A stretch of DNA of 64,000 nucleotides, from contig OX597820.1 of NCBI GenBank assembly GCA_951406725.2, forward strand, positions 24,862,001-24,926,000, given 5' to 3'. Shown one piece after another: positions 26,782 to 39,809 of the stretch (the first letter of the stretch is position 1; the number at the start of each line of letters is the position of its first letter). A model generated the notes under the pieces. It was not told the origin of the DNA. It saw only the letters and a program-made list of their open reading frames with translations, and did no database searches. Source of the stretch: Octopus vulgaris. Taxonomy: Eukaryota. The translations under genes were made by a program, and so were the position numbers.

Positions 26782-26908
26782 TGATGTTTGTGTGTACACA
26801 TTGCTTAGAGCACAAGGAGAGACAGCAAGAAAGAGAGAGAAAGAAATTAAATAATGCGCATAACAATACAATGCATTTATCTTTAATTATATTTTATTCT
26901 CATTTCAG

Positions 26909-28124
26909 AACCCAAAAAGCTGAAATGTACGGTTTGACCAGTGAAATAACACAAATTCAGAGAAAGGAAAACCCGAATACATTTCGTTATTCTGATTCCA
27001 ATCAATGTTCTCCACCAATTGATATTAATGAGAAAACGAAAGAAACAAGCGTGGCCGAAGCTAGTGCCTCAACGTCCGATAAAAACATTCAACCGACCGT
27101 TCATCACGGTCAAACGGCCAATAGCTCTTTCATATCTGGATTAAGCGATAAGACGAAAGAATCTCCACTCAACGAGGAACACATTCTTATTAACGTTTTG
27201 AACACAGAGAAAACACCAAAGAGTGGTATAGAAAACCCAGCATTTTTGAATCGTGACTCAGACGAGAAGAATTTAGCCAAACGAACTGCATTGATTGAAA
27301 AGCAAGACGATGATAAAGAAGGCAACGAAGCAATCCATGAGCAGCAACAGCAGGAGCAGCCACAGCGCGAACAAAACAGCAGCAACAGTGGCAGCATTAG
27401 AAATAGTGGTGCTCGATGTAAAGTGAATGTAAATGTGCCCACTCGTGTAGATTCCCCATCATCTTCGTTGAGTTCTTACAGGAAACAATCCCGTCGACGC
27501 TGCAATGAAAGCCTCGACGAAATAGACAGGGTCGTTTTTCGCAACAAGGACGATGTTCATCGCACGGTTCTCGGTGCTGAAAGGTTAATGTACGGTGGTT
27601 GCGGCAGTAATGACGATGTTTCAAGAGAATCGGAGATTGGGAACGAAGTCATCGAATACGACGCCGGCGTTTTGTCGAGCAGCGATGAGTGGGAGCTGGG
27701 AAACCAATCGAGTGCGAACTCCAGCCAAAGCAGTGTGTTTGCTACGACGGTAAGACTTGAAAACGTGTCCGACTGGTCGGCATGTGGTGAAACCGTCTCT
27801 ACGGGAAGTAGTAAGAGCGGATCGAAAGACAGTGCCTCCGCGTTGTTGGGCGTGCCCCCGTCTGAGTATTACAAGCGATCGTTGAAAATGAAGGACAACC
27901 GAGTAAAGTCAACAATACGGCGCCACGCCCTACGAGGGGTGCGTCCTTTACTCCCTGCTTCTATGATTGACGAGTGCACGATAGAGGCACTGTCCAAGGA
28001 AGACCTTCTAGTCATGTGGAAATCGTCAGAGATCGAACTCCAGAAGAAACTCGGTGAAGTTATGGAGCAAAAAGAAAAGCTAAAACGCCTCATTGAAAAA
28101 CATACGGATCATACAGAACTTTAG
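26909..28124 (+). CDS. Large terminal coding exon of an unidentified host protein (Ser/Glu/Gln-rich disordered region, C-terminal coiled coil)
   Basis: About 405 uninterrupted codons with raised GC in an AT-rich context. Polypyrimidine tract plus ttcag acceptor ends at 26908 (an in-frame ATG at 26925 is an alternative start). Amphipathic end IEALSKEDLLVMWKSSEIELQKKLGEVMEQKEKLKRLIE, stop TAG at 28122-28124. Confidence 0.85.
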
Positions 28125-28586
28125 TTACGGCAATAATCCTGACCATTGTCCAAAAGGTAGCGACTACGACCGAGAACAGCAGAACACCGGAATTAACGGT
28201 TCACTGTATTTAGTTCGCTACCTCAAACTTCCGACTGAGTTCAATTCCCGCCGGAGGTCGACTTTGCCTTTTATTCCTCCGGGGTCAATAAAATGAATAC
28301 TTGTAATATAATAATGTGAATACAGACCTCCTACATAAAAACACTGTGTCCGAATTAAAACAGGTCACGTGTCGAAGTAAAAACACCTATCATACTATTT
28401 ATCAATTTACTTTTTTTTTTAATTTGTTATTATTTTTCAAAGCCAGTTATCTCTCTGAAAAAAAAAAGGAAAAGAAAATAAAATCTTTCTAGAATATTGT
28501 AGTTCAAAAGTATAAAAACGTACGAGAAACATTTTTCTAAAAATTTTGAATTATGAAATTTCAAATTACAAATATGAAGCAAAATA

Positions 28587-28654
<68 letters not shown>

Positions 28655-28707
28655 GAATACATATATATATATACATTCATATATAAATATGTATATATAT
28701 ATACATA

Positions 28708-28756
<49 letters not shown>

Positions 28757-29056
28757 CGTTGAGTTCCCAAGATCTTCACCAACACATAAACATGACAAAA
28801 GAAAAATATTTTCAAAAGTTAAAATTCAAAAAAAAAAAAACATTTACTCGCAAATTTTTCCAAAGATTCTAAAACTCATTAATAAATTGGTAACCTATAT
28901 ATATATAAATATATATTACTTTTATAATAATATTTAATGGGGATGGGATGGTCGGGGCTAATTTTTTAATATTTTTTCCTTTTTGATTTTTTTTCTTATT
29001 TTTTGTCTTTTATATATTACATTATATTACATAAAACTATTATAAAACTATTATAT

Positions 29057-29135
<79 letters not shown>

Positions 29136-29355
29136 ATATGTATATGTATGTATGTAATCGATTACTTAAGTACTAGAAGTCGATATGATCGGCTAAATCC
29201 TGAAAGGCGGTACCCAAGCATGACCGTAGTTAATGACTAGTATCGTTAGGACTGAATGATTTTTTACATACACGCATACGCACACGTACCTATGCAGGCA
29301 TATATGAATGTATGTATGTGTGTATATATGTATGTATATGTATGCATGTGTTTGT

Positions 29356-29425
<70 letters not shown>

Positions 29426-29578
29426 GTATATATAAGTATATATATGTGTGTGTGTGTATTACGTATGTAGAAAAATTCGTTCGTTGTTTTTTGTTTGTTT
29501 TTGGGTGGTGTGGGGGCTACATGGCACTCTACCGTTATATATCCAAAAAGAGGTAATATCTATTTAAATTTCAGAAGC

Positions 29579-29835
29579 CAAAAATCCTTTTATCATTAAC
29601 TAATAAATCTTAGGGTAGAAAAAAAAATTTAGAAAAGTTCTTTGCTACCAGTGGTCTAGCGAGAAGAAAAGACTAGTCAATAGACTATATATTATTCATA
29701 TAAAAATACGGTGTACATTTAAACACATAAAAGATGGCCATAACAGGATATCTGAGTTTAACTACTCTTTCTAGCGAGTCAGATGGCCTGTTATGGCGAT
29801 CTCTTATGTGTTTAAATGTACGCTGTATTTTTATA
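29579..29835. mobile_element. Short hairpin-containing retroposed element with a 14-bp target-site duplication; second copy at about 37840-38063
   Basis: taaatttcagaagc at 29565-29578 and 29836-29849. Internal 50-bp inverted repeat at 29699-29748 / 29787-29836. Confidence 0.7.
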
Positions 29836-29933
29836 TAAATTTCAGAAGCGATAAGCAGACAATGTAGAGAAAAAATAGAGCAACAAAAAACATGAAACAC
29901 TATGATTTAAAATTACCATTTCAAATCCTAGCG

Positions 29934-30060
29934 GAAGGCGACGAGCTGGCAGAATCGTTAGCACGCCGGGTAACACGCTTAGCAGCATTTCGTTCGTCTT
30001 TAAGTTCTGAGTTCAAATTCCACCGAGGTCGAGTTTGCCTTGTCCCAAAATTTGAAACCA
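29934..30060 (+). mobile_element. Family-A SINE, internally deleted
   Basis: ggcgacgagctggcagaatcgttagcacgccggg...gagttcaaattccaccgaggtcga. Confidence 0.8.
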
Positions 30061-30619
30061 ATTTGACTAACATTGAAATTGAATAAAATAAATGGAAAGA
30101 AAAAACGAACGAATTTATTTGAGAACCCAACATGTATGTGTGTGCATGTGTGTTTATGTATAACATTGAAAAGACGACTGTGTTCTGGTTTTCTATCTCT
30201 TTCATCATGGAATTTCATCACTTCGTATGAGTTCATGGTTGTGTGTTTGTACGAGTGAAGTTATTCAGTCCTAAATTAACTTTTGTGTACTTTCCCGGTC
30301 TCAAATGCCATACAAGTGCAACACTCATCCCTCGACTCGCAATGCACTTACAACAAGGAGCTATTTCAATGCGTTATATCACACAATACAAAACAAAATC
30401 TATTTAAGAAAACATTAATAAACTATACGTCTACACTATACAGTATTCTCCATATAAATTGACGATTAATAATGGATGCAATAAAAATATGTAAAACAAA
30501 TTCTTTGTAAAAACAGTATATAAAACTAGAGTATATATACATATATGCGTGTGTATACACACGTATGCACGTATGTGTGTATGCATGTATGTATGTATGT
30601 ATGTATGTATGTATGTATG

Positions 30620-30650
<31 letters not shown>

Positions 30651-30789
30651 GTATGTATGTATGTATGTATATATGTAAGTATGTATGTATGTATGTATGT
30701 ATGTATGTATGTATGTATGTATGTATGTGTGCATGCATGCGTACGTGTGTGAGTGCGCGCGTGCGCACGTATGTGTATAGAAAATGCCT

Positions 30790-30994
30790 GGTGACAAAAT
30801 CTGTAGAACATCATGTAAAATGCCTTTCGGTATTTAGTTACGGCCTATTAAGATCTGATTGCAAAACCCGCCGAGGTCGACTTTGCCTTTCATCCTTCAG
30901 AGGTCGATAAAATAAAGTACCAGTCATGTACTGGAGTCGATTTAGTCGACTGACTCCCCTCCACCCAAGTTTCTGGCCTTGTGCCTACGTTAGA

Positions 30995-30995
<1 letters not shown>
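30790..30995 (+). mobile_element. Family-A SINE with (TAT)n tail
   Basis: ccgccgaggtcgactttgcctttcatcc...ggtcgataaaataaagtaccagt. Confidence 0.8.
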
Positions 30996-31036
<41 letters not shown>

Positions 31037-31467
31037 TTCTCCATCCACCTCTTAACATCTCTCTGTCTGTCTCTCTCTCTGTCTCTCTCTCTTTCACTTT
31101 GTTTCACTCACTATTTCTACCTTTATATCTCTCACTTTCACTCACTCAGTTTCTCTAATATTCTTTCTTCCCTTTTTTTTCCTCTCTTATAATATACATA
31201 TACGTACATACGCACATGCATACCTGGTTATATATGTATATGTATGTGGACGTATGTATTAATGTTTGTTCTTATGAGAAGTTATCTATAAAAATAATTC
31301 AACATTAAATTGAAGGATCACTCAATACTTTTAATAGAATACGCATTTGTGAATTTCTACAAGAAACAAGATTTACAGATATACAGTGACTTCGAAATCT
31401 CTACTTACTCACTCGCCGTCGCCTAACTGAAGACGGATGGTGAGACGAAACTTCGAACCTTTTCCTT

Positions 31468-31531
<64 letters not shown>

Positions 31532-31690
31532 ATATACATATACATATATAAATATACGTACATATAAATATATTTATATATGTATATAAGTATGTATATA
31601 TGTGTATATATGTTTGTATATATGCATGTAAGTATATATATATATATGTATGTATATATACACATACACATATGTATATGTACATGCATA

Positions 31691-31762
<72 letters not shown>

Positions 31763-32216
31763 TACATATATATATATGTATATATTATGTATATATGTAT
31801 GTATTCCTAATGATCTCTCCCAAGAGAGAAGATTTACCCTCTTATCTCCTGCACTACTGCTCTTGGGTTATTTACGGGTAACTGCTTACAGTTTTTCTGT
31901 TTTTTTTTGTTTTTTTGTATTTGTTTTTTTCAGCCTCTTTTCTTTATCCTTTCTTCATTTTCCTTCTTTTTTCTTTCCTTTGTTCAATTGTTTCTGTTTC
32001 AGAACCCTGCACATCTACAATCGTCAGACTTGGTCTGCCTTGCCTTAATTATCCTTTTCATTCAAAACTTGACTCAAAGATACTTGCAAATACATTCAAG
32101 CACGTACATGCATAGATATTCGTCATATTCATGCATGCGTGCACATAGCACACACAGCGTGCACGCACACACACTCATAAACATATACGCACAGAGTTAA
32201 TCCAACCAATGCATCC

Positions 32217-32289
<73 letters not shown>

Positions 32290-32555
32290 AATATATATAT
32301 AAATATATTTATATATATATATATAGCCATACACCGTTACAATAGACACTCTTATAACTTCCTATACATATACAAATATAAACATGCACAGAGGTGTGCA
32401 GGTACACACACATTCACGCACTCATAAAGAGAAACGCATACAACAATACACATGAAATCATGCGCACATATACACACTCTTGCATTTACTGACCCACCGA
32501 CAAGTAGCTGAATATTACATACACAGATACATTACTTGACACAAGGCACACACAC

Positions 32556-32591
<36 letters not shown>

Positions 32592-32971
32592 GCCGGCAAA
32601 TAATCTTAAAAGTAATGTGACTTTCTTTATGGTCTTTAGTGCGAAACGACGAGAGTTATTTCCGCACCTTTCAGCAACTGAACTAACCGATTTATATTTC
32701 AAACCATTGTCGAATATAAGGAAAAGTTGTTGTTGTTGTTGTTGCTTGTCTCCATGTTACACTTGATTGAGCTGATCAATAATTGATCGTGTTCCAGTTA
32801 TGACCAGCCTGTTCCATTCAGATTATGTACATCCAAGACAACAATATTTAATGTAAGGAAAATTTGTTGTCGTTGTTAAGTTCCTTGTCATCTCTGGTTG
32901 AGCTTTTCCAGCCAACTGTTACCAGCCCGTTTCATTCAGCCAATGTACATCCAGGACTATACTATCTAATA

Positions 32972-33354
32972 CAGTAACTCTCAACCAGAGCCCATGTGAC
33001 CCCTGAGGTTCATATAAAATTGGGGTGGGGGGTCTACGTAAGTAAAATACTGAATTGGGGATCCACAATAATACTTTAAGGGTTCATGAACGAAGCTTCC
33101 TTTCGATATGTTTATTGCAAGAAGCAGGTAGGTTTCTTTATCTGACGTTTTATAACCGTATTACCGGCTACTGGAACATGTTCTCCCAGAGAGTTCTGTT
33201 ACAAACCGAGAGTGAATGTATGAAAAACCAAATAGGTATTTTCAAAGACGTATCTGTAAAAGTAGTTTTTATACGTCGAATGAAAATGGAGGTCCACCAA
33301 GATAAAATAATAAAGGGATCCGTAGGTAAAAAGCATGATCGTCAAGAACCACTG
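32972..33354. mobile_element. hAT (Charlie-like) non-autonomous element
   Basis: Termini cagtaactctcaacc / gtcaagaaccactg (CAGTGGTTCT-type TIR). Flanks atctaata / atctattg resemble an 8-bp target-site duplication. Confidence 0.7.
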
Positions 33355-33898
33355 ATCTATTGTAAGAAAAGTTTGTTGGTGTTGTTGTTCTTATTTTGGT
33401 CCATGTAGTACCTGGCTAAGCAGATCAGTAATTAATCGTGTAACTGCCATATCCATAATGGGCGTCTAGGACCGTATTTTTTATTGTGGGGAAAGCCTAT
33501 TATTGTCGTTACTGCTCCAGCTCTTGATTTTGCTGCTGTTGTTGTTTAAGTTCCTGATTGAACAGAAAAAAAAGATCCCCAGGTACTCAGGCCATGATTA
33601 TTCATGTTGTTAAAAACAAATTTGAACACTGTGTATCCAGAAATGCATTACAAAAACACTTGTTTCCCATCCACATGATTTCGGGTTCGGTCCCACTGCA
33701 TAGCATCTTGTGCGAGAGCTTTCTATTATAGCCTAGAGACGACCAAAGCCTTGTAAGTGGATTTGGTTGACGGAAACTGAAAGACGCCTGTCGTGTGTGT
33801 GTGTGAGTATGTGTGTGTGTGCTTGCGTGTGTGTACGGCTTTCGTCTGTGTTTGTCTCCACCGCTTGAAAACCAATGTTGGTATATTGACGTACCCTT

Positions 33899-33940
<42 letters not shown>

Positions 33941-33943
33941 CAT

Positions 33944-34262
33944 CAGTGGTTAGAGCGTCGAGCTTACGATCGTGAGGTTGTGAGCTCGAATCCCGGACCG
34001 GGCTGCGTGTTGTGTTCTTGAGCAAGGCACTTTATTTCACGTTGCTCCAGTTCACTCAACTGTAGAAATGAGTTGCGACGTCACAGGTGCCAAGCTGTAT
34101 CGGCCTTTGTCTTTCCCTTGGATAACACTGGTGGCGTGGAGAGGGGAGGCCGGTATGCATGGGCGACTGCTGGTCTTCCATAAACAACTTTGCCCGGACT
34201 TGTGTCTAGGAGGGTAACTTTCTAGGTGCAATCCCATGGTCATTCATGACCGAAGGGGTCTT
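33944..34262 (+). mobile_element. Family-C tRNA-derived SINE
   Basis: cagtggttagagcgtcg (A-box region), gagctcgaatccc (B-box), then gtgttcttgagcaaggcactttatttcacgttgctccagttcactca. Related heads occur at about 12610, 13262, 44330, 53121 and 60330. Confidence 0.85.
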
Positions 34263-34315
<53 letters not shown>

Positions 34316-34531
34316 TTATGTATATATGTATATATATATATGTATCTATGTGTGTGTATAATAAAATATTTAAGATATTAAATTACCATAAAAAAAAGAA
34401 ATATTTTAATTTCTGGAAAGCACTTCTTTCAGGATGAAGCTATCCGCTTTCTACAAAATGATCATTTAATTTATATAATATATAGTGTATGTATATATGT
34501 GCGTGTGTGCATGTGTGTGTGCATGTGTCTG

Positions 34532-34586
<55 letters not shown>

Positions 34587-35159
34587 ATGTATAATATATA
34601 AAATATATAAACCAGGAAGTGTTACAAGTTCTTAACTGTAAATAACACACAATATAAAACTGACGGACATTTCCTTAACTTTATAGTGTTTAATTGAAAT
34701 TACTACAAGGACAAAACATGCAATAAACTTGTTAATGTTCACGTCTAATTAGTGTGTTGTCATTCAAATGTTTAACTCAGGGCAGAATTTACGTGCATAA
34801 TAAAAACATCTGATGAAAGAACCTGGTTTGAATTACGTTTAGCCAGCAGTGACAGCCATATCATACACAAATTCAGCTCTTTCAACACTACAAACATTCT
34901 CAAGTCTAACAAGGTTTAATGAACCGTACAAAACGAATCCGTTGAAAGTGTTTGAAAATTCTTTGGTAATGTTTACGTGATAACATGATTTCATTAAGAC
35001 TAATTAGGTATAGCAACAGCGGCTAAAAGCACTAGTTAAAATATAAAATACCTCACAGCATTCAATCTCATGCAGTTGTATTCTAAGTCCATATTTTGCC
35101 AGATTCGAATTTGCGCTTTTTTTCTATTTGCTGCTGGAAGGAATGAATAACAATAATAC

Positions 35160-35222
<63 letters not shown>

Positions 35223-35304
35223 CTTCAGTCAGTCACTTTACGTTCCTATGTTTGTTGGTCTTTTACCTGAACGAAGAAAATGTATTAATGATTGAATAAT
35301 TAGC

Positions 35305-35975
35305 AAAGTGGCTGTGTGGTAAGTAGGCGCAGGAGTGACTGTATAGTAAGTAGCTTGCTTACCAACCACATGGTTCTGGGTTCAGTCCCACTACGTGCAC
35401 CTTGGGCAAGTGTCTTCGACTATAGCCTCGGCCCACCAAAGCCTTGTGAGTGGATTTGGTAGACGGAAACTGAAAGAAGCCCGTCGTATATATGTATATA
35501 TACGTGTGAATGTGTGTGTTTGTTTGTGCGTCAGTGTTTGTCCTCCAAAATCGCTTGACAACCGATGCTGGTGTGTTTACGTCCCCGTAACTGAGCGGTT
35601 CGGCAAAAGAGACCGATAGAATAAGTACTAGGCTTACAAAGAATAAGTCCTGGGCTCGATTTCTTCGACTAAAGGCGGTGCTCCAGCATGGCTGGAGTCA
35701 AATGACTGAAACAAGTAAAAGAGTAAAGAAAAAGCGAATTACTGATAAATGCAAATTAAGCCGGCGAACTAGCAGGATCGTTAGCACTCTGGACAAACAA
35801 TACTTAGCAGCATTTAGTCCGAATGTACGTTCTGAGTTCAAATTCCAGCCAGGTCGACTTGGTTTTTTATCTTTTCGGGTTCGATAAAATAAGTAATAGT
35901 TAGTCGTTAGAGTCGATGTAATCGGCTTACCCACTTCCTGCGAACTTGCTGGCCTGGTAACAAAATTTGAAATCA
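35305..35975 (+). mobile_element. Full family-B SINE (35305-35730) followed by a family-A SINE (35760-35975)
   Basis: Consensus matches to both families. Confidence 0.88.
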
Positions 35976-36383
35976 ATAATAAAGACAAATTGAAGATTAC
36001 ACATTTCTTTTTAATCCGCGTGTTTGTTGCTTGCTGGACGTGTTATCATGGTATTGACAGAGCGAAAGAGAGAGACACACATACACAGACAGAGAGGAAG
36101 GGAGAATCTATGTACTACAGGAGGGAGAATCACTTCTTTTCTTTCTAGTTTTTAAGTTGGAAACTTTCCTTTTTGCATTCACCACAAGCAAATTTTCTAA
36201 TCGAAAAAATATAACAAAAACAAAAACAAAACAAGGGGCAGTAAATTTCATTACTATTAATTGATTGGGTGTCCATTAAAATTATCTACAAAACTGAAGG
36301 CAGCGAACTGGCAGAATCGTAAGAGCACCAGGCAAAATACTTAGCAGTACCTATGTATATATGTGTGTATAGGCACCGGTTTG

Positions 36384-36472
<89 letters not shown>

Positions 36473-36475
<3 letters not shown>

Positions 36476-36735
36476 TAAATCGATAACGACTGATGACTTA
36501 AAGAACAGAAACTAACAAAAATGCAAATCAAGTGGACGTATTCAATGGATATATTAATTTGATGCTCGGTAAAAGTGCAGGCGGAAAATTAACAGTAAAA
36601 ACAGGACGTTTTGAGTATGGCTCTTCGTTTGATCGTAGATGAAATTTCGAGAGTGGGAATAAAGGAGGAGGAAACATGTAGTCAAGAGAAAAGCATGTGG
36701 GTCGCTACATGGTCGAAGAAAATATGTACATGTAT
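36473..36735 (-). mobile_element. (TA)n-embedded short element with a degenerate HHR-like motif (36602-36632)
   Basis: Minus strand ..ACGA-AGAGC-cat-ACTC-AAAAC-GTC. Context resembles 24225-24360, 39490-39690 and 56957-57140. Confidence 0.5.
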
Positions 36736-36742
36736 GACTATT

Positions 36743-36794
<52 letters not shown>

Positions 36795-36856
36795 CATAAA
36801 TATATATATATACATATTTATATATACACATATATATACATATATACATACATATA

Positions 36857-36926
<70 letters not shown>

Positions 36927-37040
36927 CATGTATATATATATGTGTGTGTGTGTATATATATATATGTGTGTGTGTATATATATATACATATATATATATA
37001 TGTGTATATATATAAATATATATATATATATATAAATATG

Positions 37041-37101
<61 letters not shown>

Positions 37102-38056
37102 GTATATACACATACATAATATATATATATTACATGGGAAAATGCGAACAAGAGAAATAATATTCTTAAGATTATATAGCTGGAAAATTATAGGACAAGT
37201 TATTACACTTGGAAATTTTAACCATACAGCTATGTCTACATCTAAGATGTTTCAGCAGTACAGATTTAAACCACATATGTACTGAAAAATACACCTCATT
37301 TTCATTCGTTTCTGATTATGAAACCAATCGAGATAGGAGCGCGTCGACCGACGATACTCTTAAAGATTGTGGTTAAGTAATTGCAAGAAACAAGAACTAA
37401 AATTTATAATCATCATTATAGTTCTCCTACCATAAACCATATTTCATGAATATTAAAAGCTTATTTCTTTTGTCACAACCACGACCCATGCAAACTTTTA
37501 TGATTACATGAGAAGACATCTTGGTATGTTATCTACTTGAATATAAAAGTTCCGAATGATTATACTATATTCTCTCTCATTTTGTACAAATTCGTGTGAT
37601 TTCGTCAATGATATAAATGACATTTAACTATAAAAGTAACAAAAATCATTCATATTCATGAAATCCATCTCTGAGTTTCACAACTCAAACTGTTTAACAA
37701 AAATATAAATATATTTATGTAAGGGCGTATTGTAAAATTCATATGTGTGCATATATATGCGTGTGTGTGCATATATGTGTGTGTGTGTGCATATATATAT
37801 GTGTGTGTGCATATATATGTATCATATCGTATATAAATTATCAAAGGGTAATCGGAAATATTAGAAATTTCCATTACCAGTGGCCTAGCGTGTAAATATT
37901 TAGTCAATAGACAATATATTATTCATATAAATACAGTGTATATTTAAACACATGAGAGGTAGCTATCATAGGAATTTAACTGTCCTCTCTAGCGTGTAGG
38001 TAGTCCTATGACGGCTATCACTTATGTGTTTGAATGTACACTGTATTGATATGAAT

Positions 38057-38095
<39 letters not shown>

Positions 38096-38306
38096 CATAT
38101 TTATGTATGTGAACTGGAGTTTGCATGTATGTATATATGATGTGAAGTTACAGTCTCGAGTTGATCTTCAAAATAAGTTGACTCTAACTTTTAGTATAGA
38201 GTCACCAATAATTACACCACCAATAAGTGCTTATTCGTTATTCTTAAAAGTGCTTTGAAATAAAATAATTCTCTCTCTTTCTCTTTCTCTCTCTCTCTCT
38301 TTCTCT

Positions 38307-38366
<60 letters not shown>

Positions 38367-38400
38367 AAATCGAACACGCATGCTCATGTATGTACTCTGC

Positions 38401-38786
38401 TTGTTTACCAATAGTCTGCGATTGAGCGCGGTGGAGATGACTCTCAAAGCACTGAGTGTTAAAATATCTGAAAGTCATAGAGAAGCGAGACAACTCACCC
38501 CAAATCCCATTCAGGAGCGACTGACATCGATGTTTCACCATTTTTTGCGGCTTATCATCATCTCGTGCAGGAACTGAATTGGAGGTGAACTGAATCGCCT
38601 TCCATGACAATGTAGAAATACTGTAGAAACCATTTGCTAGTTTGCGCCGATGATGATACGTAAGAATAAATTCATTTATGAATTAGAAGCAGTGCAAGTG
38701 TTGTAAATATTATCTAAAAACTCGTAGTGAATGTATACCGCAATGTTGTTCGCCAGTAGGCTGCGATTATGCGCGGTGGAGATGAC
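38401..38786 (-). mobile_element. Retrozyme-like unit: 345-bp period, 41-bp terminal direct repeat, internal HHR-like motif (38518-38565)
   Basis: 38401-38441 and 38746-38786 match at 35 of 41 positions. Minus strand reads ATGATGATAA-GCC-gcaaaaaat-GGT-GAAAC-ATCGAT-GTC-agtcg. Confidence 0.55.
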
Positions 38787-38990
38787 ACATACATATATAC
38801 ATAATGTCCATTCGTTACTGAGAAAGACCATCACTGACCAACAGGATCATTGTTCACTCAGGCAAATGTATGAGCACTCTTCATAAACGTACATATATGC
38901 ATAAATACATACATACACATTTATGTTTGCCCACGTGTTTGTATCCATATGCAAATACTTTTTATGTGATATCTATATGTGTTTTTATAT

Positions 38991-39036
38991 ATAATTGATG
39001 AGGTCATAATAAGACCGAAACAAGGCGGAGATTATC
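38991..39036 (+). ncRNA. Degenerate type I hammerhead-ribozyme-like motif
   Basis: ataa-TTGATGA-GGTC-ataataa-GACC-GAAAC-aaggc-GGA-gattat: perfect stem II, but C3 and the cleavage triplet are mutated. Confidence 0.55.
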
Positions 39037-39445
39037 TCCCGTACTTGCCACAATAATTAAAACAATATTAGTAATTGACTAATAGCGTTTTCGTTTTTTT
39101 TTCTCCTCAATATTTCTAGTTTCCTTTTAAATAATTCTCGCACTATTTATACATACTATGTATGTAAATGCGTGTGTGCGCACCAGCACGTATGTTTTCT
39201 ACTTGTGTGCGTGTATGTGTAAATATTGCATTTAAACACGTATGATTAAGTGAATGTGTGCATATGTGAGGAATGAAAGGGGTCAGGGCAGAAATGAGAA
39301 TTCATACAGATATTGTATATACATTTATATATTTCCCGCACGCTTGTATATATTACTTCATTTATTCATATTGCACTTTACGTCGGTCTTTTTTATATAT
39401 AACTTGAAGTCATATATATATATATCGTTCATAATAAATAATTAA

Positions 39446-39489
<44 letters not shown>

Positions 39490-39492
<3 letters not shown>

Positions 39493-39690
39493 CACCATGC
39501 TGGACTGCTAAACTCTACGCGCTTTTTTCCATTCTCTATTTCTTCTTATTCCTTTCTGTCGAAGAGCGTAGGCTCGAAACATAAAAAAAACTTTTCTATT
39601 TTTCTCCAACGTCATACTAATACATTTTCTTGTTGGTCCTACACCCGTCTTCGTCTTATGTTTTTCTATAAATTTCAACTATATATGTAT
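39490..39690 (+). mobile_element. (TA)n-embedded short element with an HHR-like motif (39552-39587)
   Basis: cttt-CTGTCGA-A-GAGC-gtag-GCTC-GAAAC-ATA-aaaa. Homologous to the reverse complement of 56957-57140. Confidence 0.6.
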
Positions 39691-39728
39691 ATTATTTATA
39701 TCTGTTTATATATGCGTTTGTATAAACA

Positions 39729-39808
<80 letters not shown>

Positions 39809-39809
<1 letters not shown>

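Noticed and set aside
26667-26908. N-terminal 80 codons of the 485-aa ORF
   Set aside because: (TG)n repeat and intron sequence upstream of a strong splice acceptor at 26908.
31428-31460. CTGAAGA...GAAAC hammerhead-like spacing
   Set aside because: Stem I and stem II do not pair convincingly and there is no proper helix III.
33944-34010. tRNA gene
   Set aside because: tRNA-like A/B boxes continue into a SINE body, and no complete cloverleaf is present.
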